Source of the DNA: Candidatus Micrarchaeota archaeon
Lineage (GTDB): Archaea > Micrarchaeota > Micrarchaeia > Anstonellales > J096
DNA: 39,183 nt
Reading direction: 5' to 3'
NCBI GenBank assembly: GCA_027024255.1
Contig: JALVSQ010000021.1
Location: 1-39,183 of the forward strand
How positions within the stretch are numbered: the stretch's first letter is position 1; every line of letters begins with the position of its first letter. The position numbers were made by a program, and so were the translations under genes. The notes under the pieces are model-generated. The model made no database searches. It was not told the origin of the DNA and saw nothing but the letters and a program-made list of their open reading frames with translations. This document shows, in pieces, positions 10,340 through 19,243 of this stretch.

Positions 10340-11530
10340 ATGAAAAAGGTTAAACTTAGATGGAGGGAAAAGGAGATCGAGGGTCTACTGATTGCTAAAA
10401 AAGGAGAATATCTTGAAATAAAGTTAAAGAGCGGCTACAACATAATGTTGAATGAAAATGAAGTTGAAATTCTTAAGGAAGAGGAATTCAAAAGGAGCTA
10501 TGCAAGAGGAGGAGAAGGTAAAGGAGAAGTCAGGATAATAGGATGTGGTGGCACCATAGGCTCCAAGGTAGATTATGAAACAGGAGGTGTTTCTCCTCAA
10601 ATAAGTGCGAGTGAGCTTGTTGCACAATACCCTGAGATAAAAGATATTGCAGGTGTTGAAACAAGGATGCTTTTTTCAATTCTCAGCGAGAATATGAGGC
10701 AGGAGCACTGGGAAAAGATAGTTGATGAAGTGGCAAAAGCATTTGAAGAGGAAAAGAGAGTTGTTTTACTTCATGGCACAGACACAATGCACTACACTGC
10801 CTCAGCTCTGGCATTTGCATTTAGAGGTATGCCTTCTCCTGTTGTTCTTACGGGCTCTCAAAGAAGTTCAGACAGGCCGAGCAGTGATGCGAGGCTTAAC
10901 CTGCTTAATGCTATTTACACATCAAAACAGGAATTTGGAGAAGTTGCTATAGTCATGCATTCATCAATAAACGATAATGAAGGAGTTGTTTTAAGGGGAG
11001 TTAGAGCAAGAAAAATGCATTCAACAAGAAGAGATGCATTTAAACCAATAAACGAAAGTCCATTGGCTTTTGTTGATTTTAAAAAGGGCATAGAATGGCT
11101 GAGCAAACCATCAAAGCCTGTTAGTGATTGGAAGGTTGAGAACGGCTTTTCAAGAAAAGTGGCCATGGTTTATATTTATCCGGGCATTGAGGAAGGAGTG
11201 TTTGATTATTATAAAAGCTATGATGGAATTGTTTTGCTCGGCACAGGCATGGGCCATACACCTACAGATATCATTGAAAAGATAAATGAAATGAAGGGCA
11301 TTGTTGTTATGAGCACTCAAACAATATACGGAAGGATTAACCTCAATGTTTATTCAACAGGGAGATTGCTCAAAAAGGCAGGAGTTATAGGTCATGAGCT
11401 TGATATTACGCCAGAAGCAGCATTTGTAAAGCTTTCATGGATTCTTTATAGAACGAAGGAGAGGCAAGAGGTGAAAAGGCTGTTTTACACAAATATGGCA
11501 AATGAATTTAGCATGAGGAGTGTTATTTAA
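10340..11530 (+). CDS. gatD: Glutamyl-tRNA(Gln) amidotransferase subunit D
   Basis: IKLKSGYNI N-domain, GGTIGSKVDYETG, HGTDTMHY, GSQRSSDRPSSD, KMHSTRRDAF. Start moved to ATG 10340. Confidence 0.95.
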   Translation: MKKVKLRWREKEIEGLLIAKKGEYLEIKLKSGYNIMLNENEVEILKEEEFKRSYARGGEGKGEVRIIGCGGTIGSKVDYETGGVSPQISASELVAQYPEIKDIAGVETRMLFSILSENMRQEHWEKIVDEVAKAFEEEKRVVLLHGTDTMHYTASALAFAFRGMPSPVVLTGSQRSSDRPSSDARLNLLNAIYTSKQEFGEVAIVMHSSINDNEGVVLRGVRARKMHSTRRDAFKPINESPLAFVDFKKGIEWLSKPSKPVSDWKVENGFSRKVAMVYIYPGIEEGVFDYYKSYDGIVLLGTGMGHTPTDIIEKINEMKGIVVMSTQTIYGRINLNVYSTGRLLKKAGVIGHELDITPEAAFVKLSWILYRTKERQEVKRLFYTNMANEFSMRSVI

Positions 11531-11554
11531 ATACTTTAACCTTCTATTTTTTAT

Positions 11555-12076
11555 GTGGATTACGAAACCTTAGTTGATATTTACAGGAAGGAAATGGCAA
11601 GTTCTGAATTGGTTAAGGTAGATCCTAACTTTTATACTGAATTAAAGAAACTTTTAGAGGAGAAGAAGAAAAGCCTTAGCGAGGATGATTTGTTAAGCCA
11701 GAAGGAGTACTGGAACCTTAAAAAGATGGTTAGCAGAATTGTTTCAAAAAGAATTCAGAAAATAATAATTGCTGCAAGCGAGGATATCGAGGTTGAGGCA
11801 ACACCTGAGGAGCAGGAGTTGTACGCAAGGGTTAAAGGAGCAATAGAAGGGTTTAAATCAGGAATAGAAACAGTAAAAGAGAATAAGCCCAGAGAAGAGG
11901 AGAAAGAAGAGGAAGTCCAGACTAACCTGAAGAAAATAAAGATAATAAAGTTTGTTGAGAAGTACATAGGAGAAAATGAGAAAGTTTATGGCCCTTACAA
12001 TGTAGGCGATATCGTTGAAATAGAGAAAGAAGAGGCAGAATGGCTTATTTCAACAGGTTATGCTGAAGAAGCCTAG
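11555..12076 (+). CDS. GINS subunit (Gins15/51-type, A domain then B domain)
   Basis: ELVKVDPNFY, KRIQKII, TPEEQELY, C-terminal YGPYNVGDIVEI..AEWLI..GYAE. Confidence 0.85.
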   Translation: MDYETLVDIYRKEMASSELVKVDPNFYTELKKLLEEKKKSLSEDDLLSQKEYWNLKKMVSRIVSKRIQKIIIAASEDIEVEATPEEQELYARVKGAIEGFKSGIETVKENKPREEEKEEEVQTNLKKIKIIKFVEKYIGENEKVYGPYNVGDIVEIEKEEAEWLISTGYAEEA

Positions 12077-12530
12077 CATAGAGCGTTAATGCAATTGTTT
12101 TTGATTTTCTGAATATGAGGTTTATAATAGTTGAGAGTAGCAGTACAGGATTATTTGACTTCCTTGTTTTGTGGTAAAGGATTGTTTTGAGCACAGCATT
12201 TTTCAGGGATTTTATGCTTTTTGAGAATATGAAGTATGTCTCCTTTGGAAAAAAGAAGGAGAAAAACCAGACTTTTTCATCCTCGCTTGTATCAACAAAC
12301 ATTAAATAGCCTGTATAAAAGCTTGTGAACGGATAAATGAGTAGAGAGGTTTTCCCGGAAACAATGAACAATATAATTGATATGATTAGAGATGGGATTA
12401 AAATAAATTTGGGCATTCCGTAACCTTTTAGAATTCCATATGCCACTAAAACAAGGAATAAAGGAGGCAGGGCATTCTCTGGGAAGAAAGGCAGCAAAAG
12501 AATTAAAGTAAAGAAGAGCAACAACTTCAT
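12045..12530 (-). CDS. Membrane protein, probable reduced ECF transporter T component
   Basis: Hydrophobic N-terminal half, C-terminal IALTLYAR resembling the EcfT motif; coupled to ECF-type ATPase. Confidence 0.55.
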   Translation of the reverse strand: MKLLLFFTLILLLPFFPENALPPLFLVLVAYGILKGYGMPKFILIPSLIISIILFIVSGKTSLLIYPFTSFYTGYLMFVDTSEDEKVWFFSFFFPKETYFIFSKSIKSLKNAVLKTILYHKTRKSNNPVLLLSTIINLIFRKSKTIALTLYARLLQHNLLK

Positions 12531-13192
12531 ATTCTCAGAGGCCTCAATCCAAACTGTTTTGCTTTTTTTAACAGCTCCTTTCCGAAGAGTATTTTCCTGT
12601 CTTTTATTATACCAACTTTTGTGGCATATTTGTATGCAAGGTATGTATCGTGAGTGGATACAATTATTATCCTCTCTTTACTCATCTTTCTGAGCAATTT
12701 GAATAGATTTTCTGCAACTGAAAAATCGAGGCTACTTGTTGGCTCATCGAGGATTATGAGCTTTGCCTTGCTTGATATGGCTGCACTTAGCAAGGTCCTT
12801 AACTTCTCCCCATAGGATATCTCAAACACATCCTTGTTCCTTAATTTGTATATAGCCATCTCTTTCAGGGCTTTTACTGCATCTTCCTCTGTTTTTGCGT
12901 TTATAAGCACATCATCCATTACAGTTGGGCCTATCAACTCGTTCTCTATGTCCTGGAACATGAAAAACTTGTCCTTGAACTCAGAAGGTCTTTTTCCAAA
13001 AATACTTATTCTTCCATCCACATTACATTCAATTTCATCTGGTATGATGCCGTATATGGCATAAAGAAGGGTTGTTTTTCCAGAGCCGTTAGGGCCAAGT
13101 AAGGCAAAGAGGTTCGAGGTCCTTAAGTCAAAGCTGATGTTTTTGAGTATTTCATTGGTGTAGGCAAGTGTAAGGTTTTTAACAGAAAGCAT
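12527..13192 (-). CDS. ABC ATPase, ECF (CbiO/EcfA-like)
   Basis: GPNGSGKTT, FMFQD, PTVMDDV, ISYGE signature, LDEPTSSLD, STHD. Confidence 0.85.
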   Translation of the reverse strand: MLSVKNLTLAYTNEILKNISFDLRTSNLFALLGPNGSGKTTLLYAIYGIIPDEIECNVDGRISIFGKRPSEFKDKFFMFQDIENELIGPTVMDDVLINAKTEEDAVKALKEMAIYKLRNKDVFEISYGEKLRTLLSAAISSKAKLIILDEPTSSLDFSVAENLFKLLRKMSKERIIIVSTHDTYLAYKYATKVGIIKDRKILFGKELLKKAKQFGLRPLRI

Positions 13193-13276
13193 AATCCCTT
13201 CTTTATGCCAAGGCATTAAAATCTTTTCTTTTTAAATATTTCCAAGTGCATTTGGAAGGGTTTTTAAAGGAGCTTT

Positions 13277-13321
13277 TATTTCCACACGGAAAAATTTTCC
13301 CAGCATTTTATTTCCACACGG
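13277..13321. repeat. 45-bp direct repeat copy 1 (two TTTCCACACGG cores 32 bp apart)
   Basis: TATTTCCACACGGAAAAATTTTCCCAGCATTTTATTTCCACACGG, identical to 13415-13459. Confidence 0.95.
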
Positions 13322-13414
13322 AAATAAAATTGCAGTCCTTTGAACTAATAAATCAGGGACATCATGATTATCTACTGAAAAAATCATGATAATATAATAA
13401 AAACATAGAAAAAA

Positions 13415-13459
13415 TATTTCCACACGGAAAAATTTTCCCAGCATTTTATTTCCACACGG
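13415..13459. repeat. 45-bp direct repeat copy 2, just upstream of ATPase TATA box
   Basis: Identical to 13277-13321; followed by TTTTTAAAA and ATG 13493. Confidence 0.95.
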
Positions 13460-13492
13460 GAAAATTTTTAAAAGTTTCACATAATTAGCTAT

Positions 13493-14689
13493 ATGATGGA
13501 CGAGGACATGTTTACAAATGTTGTATCCTATTCACAAAAAATGATAAACAGCAATCTTGTTTCAAAACTCAGGCCTTTATCAATGGAAATAGTAAAAATG
13601 ATTCAAAATCAAAGCATTATAACAGCCATAAAGGGGTTAAGAGGTGTGGGCAAATCCTCTCTCCTCATATACTTTCTTTATCATCAAAAAGATAGCATTT
13701 ACATAAATGCTGAATATCTTCTTAAGCAAGGGCTTTCTCTGTATGAAGTGCTTGACTATGCTTATTCTCAGGGTTACAGGGTTTTCGGTATTGATGAAAT
13801 CCATGTTTTGAAAAACTGGCCTCTTGATGTAAAGCTCTTTTATGACCAAACCAGAGCAAAGATTGTGCTGACAGGTTCTTCAGCAATCTCTTTGCATATA
13901 ACCAGCTCTGAATTATCAAGAAGGGTTGTGTCAGTGGATTTAAAGCCGTTTTCGTTCAGGGAGTTTATATACTTTAAGACAGGCGTTTTACTTGAGAAAA
14001 GAACATTGAAAGAAATTTTAGAGAATAAAAAAGAGATAGCAAGGGAAATTGCTCCATTTGTAAGTATTTACAATGAGTTTCTGGAGTATTATGCTCTCCC
14101 TGCTGCTTTTTTTGAGAGTAAGGATGTTTATCCTGGCATAATAGAGAAGATAGTATATCATGATTTGATTTCATTGAAGAGCATTGATTTCAGTTATGTG
14201 GATGCTGCTTTTAAGACATTAAGATTTCTTGTTTCTTCAAAACCAGGGGAAATAAGTTATAATTCTCTGGCAAGTTCTCTGGGCAAATCTGTAAAGTTTT
14301 CAATCAGTCTGATTAATCTTTTAGCAAATGCAGGCATTCTTAATATAATCAATGCCCATGGAAGAGGGCATAAACCAATCAGAAGCGGGGTTAAAATCTC
14401 ATTACCTTTATCGTTCAGAAGCGCACTTGCCAGATACTTTAATACCGAAGTAGAAAAAGGAGCATTGAGAGAAGATTTTTTTATTCACCATGTTGGAAAC
14501 GCTTTTTATGTAAAGGAGATGGGTAGAAGATCTCCTGATTACTGGGTTGATGGTTATGTGTTTGAAATAGGTGGTCCTTCAAAGGGCAAAAGCCAGTTGG
14601 AAAGGTCTGAGAGAGGATTCCTGGTTAAGGAATCTTTATCAACCATGTCAAACGATGTGCCTATTTATCTGTTTGGTTTACTTTATTGA
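13493..14689 (+). CDS. AAA_14/COG1373-type ATPase with C-terminal nuclease-like motif
   Basis: GLRGVGKSS, IDEIH, LTGSSA, LSRR, GALREDFF, PDY..FEIGGPSK; paralog of 37463..38695. Confidence 0.88.
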   Translation: MMDEDMFTNVVSYSQKMINSNLVSKLRPLSMEIVKMIQNQSIITAIKGLRGVGKSSLLIYFLYHQKDSIYINAEYLLKQGLSLYEVLDYAYSQGYRVFGIDEIHVLKNWPLDVKLFYDQTRAKIVLTGSSAISLHITSSELSRRVVSVDLKPFSFREFIYFKTGVLLEKRTLKEILENKKEIAREIAPFVSIYNEFLEYYALPAAFFESKDVYPGIIEKIVYHDLISLKSIDFSYVDAAFKTLRFLVSSKPGEISYNSLASSLGKSVKFSISLINLLANAGILNIINAHGRGHKPIRSGVKISLPLSFRSALARYFNTEVEKGALREDFFIHHVGNAFYVKEMGRRSPDYWVDGYVFEIGGPSKGKSQLERSERGFLVKESLSTMSNDVPIYLFGLLY

Positions 14690-14732
14690 AACCCACCAAC
14701 TTTTAAAAACAACCTCACCCCATTCTTAACTT

Positions 14733-15305
14733 ATGATTACTTTAACAATACTTGCTGCTCTTTTCATAGTGTTTTTAATGCAGATAGCATTCCCCCCTTT
14801 AACCCAGTTATTTATGTTTTATCCTGATAGAGCATTAACTCAACCATGGCTTTTCATAACAGCGATTTTTTTGCATGCTAACTTTGCCCACATCTTCTTT
14901 AACTCCTATGCTTTATTCTTATTCGGTCCCCTTGTTGAGAGGAAGATGGGAAAAAATGAGTTTTTGAAAATATTTTTTGGAGCAGGTATATTTGGTTCTC
15001 TCCTGTACTGGCTAACATACATTCTGGGTATAATCCCACCTATACCTGCATTGGGAGCAAGTGGGGCCATATACGGCATAATGGCTGCTGCAGCAGTTCT
15101 TTACCCCAATTTAAGGATATTCATGTTCTTCTTTCCCATGAGATTGAGGGAAGCAGTTGTTGTCTGGTTCATTATTTCTTTTATAGGCACTTTTGATGTT
15201 TCATCAGGCATTGCAGCAGCAGCTCATTTAGGCGGTTTAATATTTGGCTATTTGTATGCAAAGGATTGGATGAAAAAACAGGTTTATGAGTGGTGGTGGG
15301 TTTGA
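14733..15305 (+). CDS. Rhomboid intramembrane serine protease
   Basis: FLHANFAHIFFN, GASGAIYG, AHLGGLIFG. Confidence 0.95.
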   Translation: MITLTILAALFIVFLMQIAFPPLTQLFMFYPDRALTQPWLFITAIFLHANFAHIFFNSYALFLFGPLVERKMGKNEFLKIFFGAGIFGSLLYWLTYILGIIPPIPALGASGAIYGIMAAAAVLYPNLRIFMFFFPMRLREAVVVWFIISFIGTFDVSSGIAAAAHLGGLIFGYLYAKDWMKKQVYEWWWV

Positions 15306-16297
15306 AGATACTGTTTAAAGACCTTAAAAAAGGAATAATAAAGCTACATATAAATGTGCCAGAGGATTTGTGGTATTTGAGCACGCTCATAAAAAAAGGG
15401 GATATTGTTTCTGGAAACACATACAGAGCAGTTAAGTTCGGTAATAAGGAGGAAAGAAAGCCTGTCTGGATAAGAATGGTTGTTGAAAGCGTTAATTTTT
15501 CGTCTTATGAAGGAAGGTTAAGGCTCTTAGGCATTATAAAGGAAGGAAAGCCAGAAGAGTTCATTCAGGTTGGAAAGCATCATGGAATGGATTTAAAGGT
15601 AGGGGACAGAATAACAATTGAGAAGGACTGGCTTGAATCTGAGTTGGAGAAGTTAAATGAGGCAGTAAAAGAATCTAAAAAGCCAAGGGCAACAGTTGTT
15701 TTGATAGATGATAAAAAGGCTTTGATAGCGAACATAGTTGCTTATGGATTTGATGTTTTAAATGAGATTTACTTCAATGTAAGCAAAAGAATGAGCGATA
15801 AGGATATTGATAAAGAAAGGCAGAAGTTTTATGAAAGAATAAGACCGTTTTTATCCACTAAATTAGTTATTGTGGGGGGCCCTGGCTTTGAGAAGGAGAA
15901 ATTCAGAGATTATTTGATAAGGAAGGGATTTGAGGTTAAGCTTGTTGATGCAGGTTATGCAGAAGTCTCTTCATTAAAAGAGTTGAGTGAAAAAGGCATT
16001 CTTGATGAAGTGCTTGGTATGATAAGGTTGAGGATGGAAGAGGAGTTATTTAACGAGTTTTTGAAGCATTTGATGAGAGAGGATGGCCTTGCTGTTTATG
16101 GAGTTGAAGATGTTAAGAAAGCCATTGCTCTTGGAGCTCTTGATAAGCTGCTGGTTGACATATCCCTGCTTAAAAATGAAGAAATTAGAAAAATCATGAG
16201 GGGTGCTGAAAGCACAGGAACCAATATAATTCTCTCCACATCAGATAAAATAAAGGGATTTGGAGGATTGGTTGGTATTTTAAGATTTAGCTTATAA
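15290..16297 (+). CDS. pelA: Pelota/Dom34 ribosome rescue factor
   Basis: EDLWYLSTLI..GD, RLRLLG, GKHH, GPGF, AVYG, GFGGLVGILRF. Start may be TTG 15302. Confidence 0.93.
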   Translation: MVVGLKILFKDLKKGIIKLHINVPEDLWYLSTLIKKGDIVSGNTYRAVKFGNKEERKPVWIRMVVESVNFSSYEGRLRLLGIIKEGKPEEFIQVGKHHGMDLKVGDRITIEKDWLESELEKLNEAVKESKKPRATVVLIDDKKALIANIVAYGFDVLNEIYFNVSKRMSDKDIDKERQKFYERIRPFLSTKLVIVGGPGFEKEKFRDYLIRKGFEVKLVDAGYAEVSSLKELSEKGILDEVLGMIRLRMEEELFNEFLKHLMREDGLAVYGVEDVKKAIALGALDKLLVDISLLKNEEIRKIMRGAESTGTNIILSTSDKIKGFGGLVGILRFSL

Positions 16298-16513
16298 CAC
16301 AAACTCTATCTTTATATTGGGCTCATTGTTTCTGTACATTTTTCTGAACTCCATCTTGCTCCAGCAGTCTTTACATATAACAAGCCTCTTTATATCTCTT
16401 CTTTTCACTTTCTTTGATGCTTTTATACAGTGGAAGCAAACTGCTCTTCCACAATAGTTGCAGACCTCAACCTTTGCTGTCTTTCTTCCACATCTTTCAC
16501 ATTCAACGATCAT
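16292..16513 (-). CDS. Small zinc-finger protein (four CxxC pairs)
   Basis: CERC, CNYC, CFHC, CKDC in 73 aa; AGGTGA RBS upstream. Confidence 0.8.
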   Translation of the reverse strand: MIVECERCGRKTAKVEVCNYCGRAVCFHCIKASKKVKRRDIKRLVICKDCWSKMEFRKMYRNNEPNIKIEFVL

Positions 16514-16553
16514 CCTATCACCTTTTAAAATATTTTTAACATTTGCTTTGTTA

Positions 16554-16904
16554 ATGGAGGAACATATTAAAAGGGTTTTGCTTGCCTTTTCAGTTATACT
16601 TCTGTTTTATGCCACTGGCATTGTTGTTTTTAACCATGTTGAGGGCTGGGATTATGTTGATGCGGCTTACTTTTTAACTGCCACATTCACAACCATTGGC
16701 TATGGGGATGTTGTGCCTTTTACAAAAGAAGGAAAGATTCTTGCTATTTTATTTGCATGGTTCGGCGTTGGTGCAGGCCTTTATTTCATATATACTCTTG
16801 CTGCATACAGAGAGAAGGTTCTTGATGATAAAATAAAGAGGGTTATGGAAAAAATTTCAACCAGGAACAGAAGGAAGATTTATTATAAGCCTCAAAAGAA
16901 ATAG
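16554..16904 (+). CDS. Two-TM potassium channel, KcsA-like, no RCK domain
   Basis: EGWDYVDAAYF and TTIGYGD selectivity filter; start at ATG 16554. Confidence 0.92.
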   Translation: MEEHIKRVLLAFSVILLFYATGIVVFNHVEGWDYVDAAYFLTATFTTIGYGDVVPFTKEGKILAILFAWFGVGAGLYFIYTLAAYREKVLDDKIKRVMEKISTRNRRKIYYKPQKK

Positions 16905-16944
16905 GCAACATTTTTATATATTCCTTTTAAACATAAAAAACCAT

Positions 16945-17017
16945 GCCCCGGTAGCTCAGCTGGTAGAGCGTCCGGCTGTTAACCGGAAGGTCGGCGGTTC
17001 GAGTCCGCCCCGGGGCG
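16945..17017 (+). tRNA. tRNA-Asn(GTT), no intron, CCA not encoded
   Basis: GCCCCGG/CCGGGGC acceptor, TCCGG-CTGTTAA-CCGGA anticodon arm, GGTTCGAGTCC T arm. Confidence 0.97.
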
Positions 17018-17018
17018 C

Positions 17019-18521
17019 TTAAATAATCTCCTCTATTTTTTTAACCTCACCAAACTCATTGACCCTTTCAAGGCTCTCTACGCTTTCCTCTACCGTTTGA
17101 GGAATTGCATATCTCGCATAATCAACAAAGCTGAGTATAGAGAAATACCAATCTATATTTAACGGAGGTATTTCAGGTGGAATTTGCTTTTCAGCCCTTC
17201 TTGCAGCAACCTTCACCCTTTTTGCCTGCTCCCTTGCTATCTCCTCAGTTACAAGATAGACAAGAACTCCGAAAGGAACTACCATGTTTCTTTTCTTCAA
17301 TTCCTCTGTTACTTTCTCATAGGAAGGCATTAATATTCTGTTCTCTTCTAAAAGGAGTTTTATAACACCTACATTTATCATATGCACGAGTATATTCTGG
17401 TAATCTTTGTTTGGAGAGGCAAACAGTGCTTTGAATAACTCCTCATCAACATTCTTTGCAAATGCTTCATCAAGATTCATTCTATATGCAGGGTTTGAAA
17501 CAGCGGCTTTCAACTCTGCCATGACAGCCTCTCTATAATCTTCTCCTAACTTTACCAGTGTCTTTAGCATTAAATACATCTTTGTTGCTGATGTTATGTA
17601 GCCGCAGGTTGTATGGAATTCAGAGTGAATAATGCCATGTGGGTTTCTGAGCATTACTCTAATCATTTCATCAACAGTTAAAATGCTTCCGAGTGTTTTT
17701 ACAACTCTTTCTATTTCACCGAGGTTGTGGCTCCTTGCATCGCAACACCTTATAGCTGTGTTGAATAAGGCTAACTCAACAATATCTGGCAAATCAGCTT
17801 TAACATTTTCCATTTTCTCAACAACCTTTTCCTTTATCCATTCAGCAGGTGTTTTTGTTCTGCCTGCCCACTCCCTTAAAGGCATCTTTGTCATGCTGTT
17901 CTCATCCAGCACGTAAAATTTGTTCTTCCCCGGGTTGTAAACCACAATAATTAAGGGAATTTTCACATGCTCTCTGCCGTTTTTATGATAAACAACTTCA
18001 ACAGCATTTTCATCTTCTAAGTAAAGCCTTTTTGATGCTTTTAGTTGCTCTATGAATTTCTCCTTTCTTTTGAGTATGTCTTTTATGCTGTGTGGTGTAT
18101 CAAATGCTAAAAACATCACAAACGGAATCTTTTTACCTGCATGAATTAGATGATTTAGCATGTAGGCAAACTGAGCATAGTCGTTCCTGTTCTTTGCTTC
18201 CCTTCCGTCTATCTCTCCTGTTTCACCGAATATGCCCTCTGTTTGAACGCCATCCACAGCTAAGGGTTTTGCATCATAAACAATGTGGTTAAGGTTTACC
18301 CTGCCTGTATTGGATATAAGCAGAAAATCAGGTAGCTGGTCTTTGTTTGAAGGTGCTTTTTCCTTCAGCGTTCTTAAATTTAAATTGAATGTCCAGAGAT
18401 TTTCAGGGCTAACAGCTCTTTTCAGCCTGGTGAACTCTTCTGATATCTGTCCGGGATTTGACTTTACCTTTGGACTCTTAAACCCAAAGTGTATTTTTAC
18501 AAGATGTGTTTTTGGTGGCAT
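17019..18521 (-). CDS. Hypothetical 500-aa protein with beta-carbonic-anhydrase-like zinc motifs
   Basis: CCDAR (CxDxR) followed ~40 aa later by HTTCG (HxxCG). Confidence 0.6.
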   Translation of the reverse strand: MPPKTHLVKIHFGFKSPKVKSNPGQISEEFTRLKRAVSPENLWTFNLNLRTLKEKAPSNKDQLPDFLLISNTGRVNLNHIVYDAKPLAVDGVQTEGIFGETGEIDGREAKNRNDYAQFAYMLNHLIHAGKKIPFVMFLAFDTPHSIKDILKRKEKFIEQLKASKRLYLEDENAVEVVYHKNGREHVKIPLIIVVYNPGKNKFYVLDENSMTKMPLREWAGRTKTPAEWIKEKVVEKMENVKADLPDIVELALFNTAIRCCDARSHNLGEIERVVKTLGSILTVDEMIRVMLRNPHGIIHSEFHTTCGYITSATKMYLMLKTLVKLGEDYREAVMAELKAAVSNPAYRMNLDEAFAKNVDEELFKALFASPNKDYQNILVHMINVGVIKLLLEENRILMPSYEKVTEELKKRNMVVPFGVLVYLVTEEIAREQAKRVKVAARRAEKQIPPEIPPLNIDWYFSILSFVDYARYAIPQTVEESVESLERVNEFGEVKKIEEII

Positions 18522-18574
18522 AAATTAAAGGAAAGTGGAGAAAGATTTTTAAATCAGGTTGTTCAACTCCTACC

Positions 18575-19243
18575 ATGAAAACAAAAATAGAAAAACTTAG
18601 TTTGGGTGAAATTTTAAGGGTTAGCATGAACAAAGGAGAGGAGATATTTGCCCAGCCAGGAGCTTTGATATCTGCAAAAGGAGAAATTGAGGTTGAATCA
18701 AAGGTGGGCAATTTAGCCAGCAGTTTTATGAGGGCATTTGCAGGGGGAGAGTCTTTGTTTCAAACAAGAATAAAAGCTGTTGATGATAATGTGGAGGTGG
18801 AGATAGGAACTGCCGTGCCGAGTGAACTCATAAAGATAGAGTTAGATGGTGCAATGTTGCTTGGAGATGGGGCCTATCTAGCACATACAGGAGATATTGA
18901 TGTGAGTGCTAAGTGGGGAGGTCTCAACTCACTCGTTGCTGGCTCAGGCCTACTTTTCCTTTATGCAAAGGGCAAAGGTGATTTATACTTGGCAGGAGGA
19001 GAAGCAATACTTTCAAAGGAACTAAAAGAAGGAGAATTTATGTACTTAGATAACACAAGTTTTCTGGCTGTGCCAGAGGGCACAAAGATGGAAAAGAAGT
19101 GGATAGGCAAGGGGCTTATGAGCAAAGTCTTTAGCGGAGAAGGTTTCATGTTCAAGATATATGGGCCTACAACTGTTATCTATCAAACAGAGGCTCCATC
19201 TGCATTGGCAAGGGCAATAGCAAGATATCTAAGACTTCGTTAA
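18575..19243 (+). CDS. AIM24/DUF124 family protein
   Basis: AQPGALIS, RAFAGGESLF, GAYLA, SGEGFMFKIYGP. Confidence 0.9.
   Translation: MKTKIEKLSLGEILRVSMNKGEEIFAQPGALISAKGEIEVESKVGNLASSFMRAFAGGESLFQTRIKAVDDNVEVEIGTAVPSELIKIELDGAMLLGDGAYLAHTGDIDVSAKWGGLNSLVAGSGLLFLYAKGKGDLYLAGGEAILSKELKEGEFMYLDNTSFLAVPEGTKMEKKWIGKGLMSKVFSGEGFMFKIYGPTTVIYQTEAPSALARAIARYLRLR

Noticed and set aside
13277-13459. Mini-CRISPR array
   Set aside because: Only two 45-bp units with a 93-bp spacer; the inner 'spacers' between cores are identical; no cas genes in the window.
13232-13480. 82-aa ORF with repeated FPCGNKMLGKFFRVEI; likewise 37410..37625, 38682..38879 and 38707..38916
   Set aside because: These are translations of the DNA repeats and overlap promoters or real genes.
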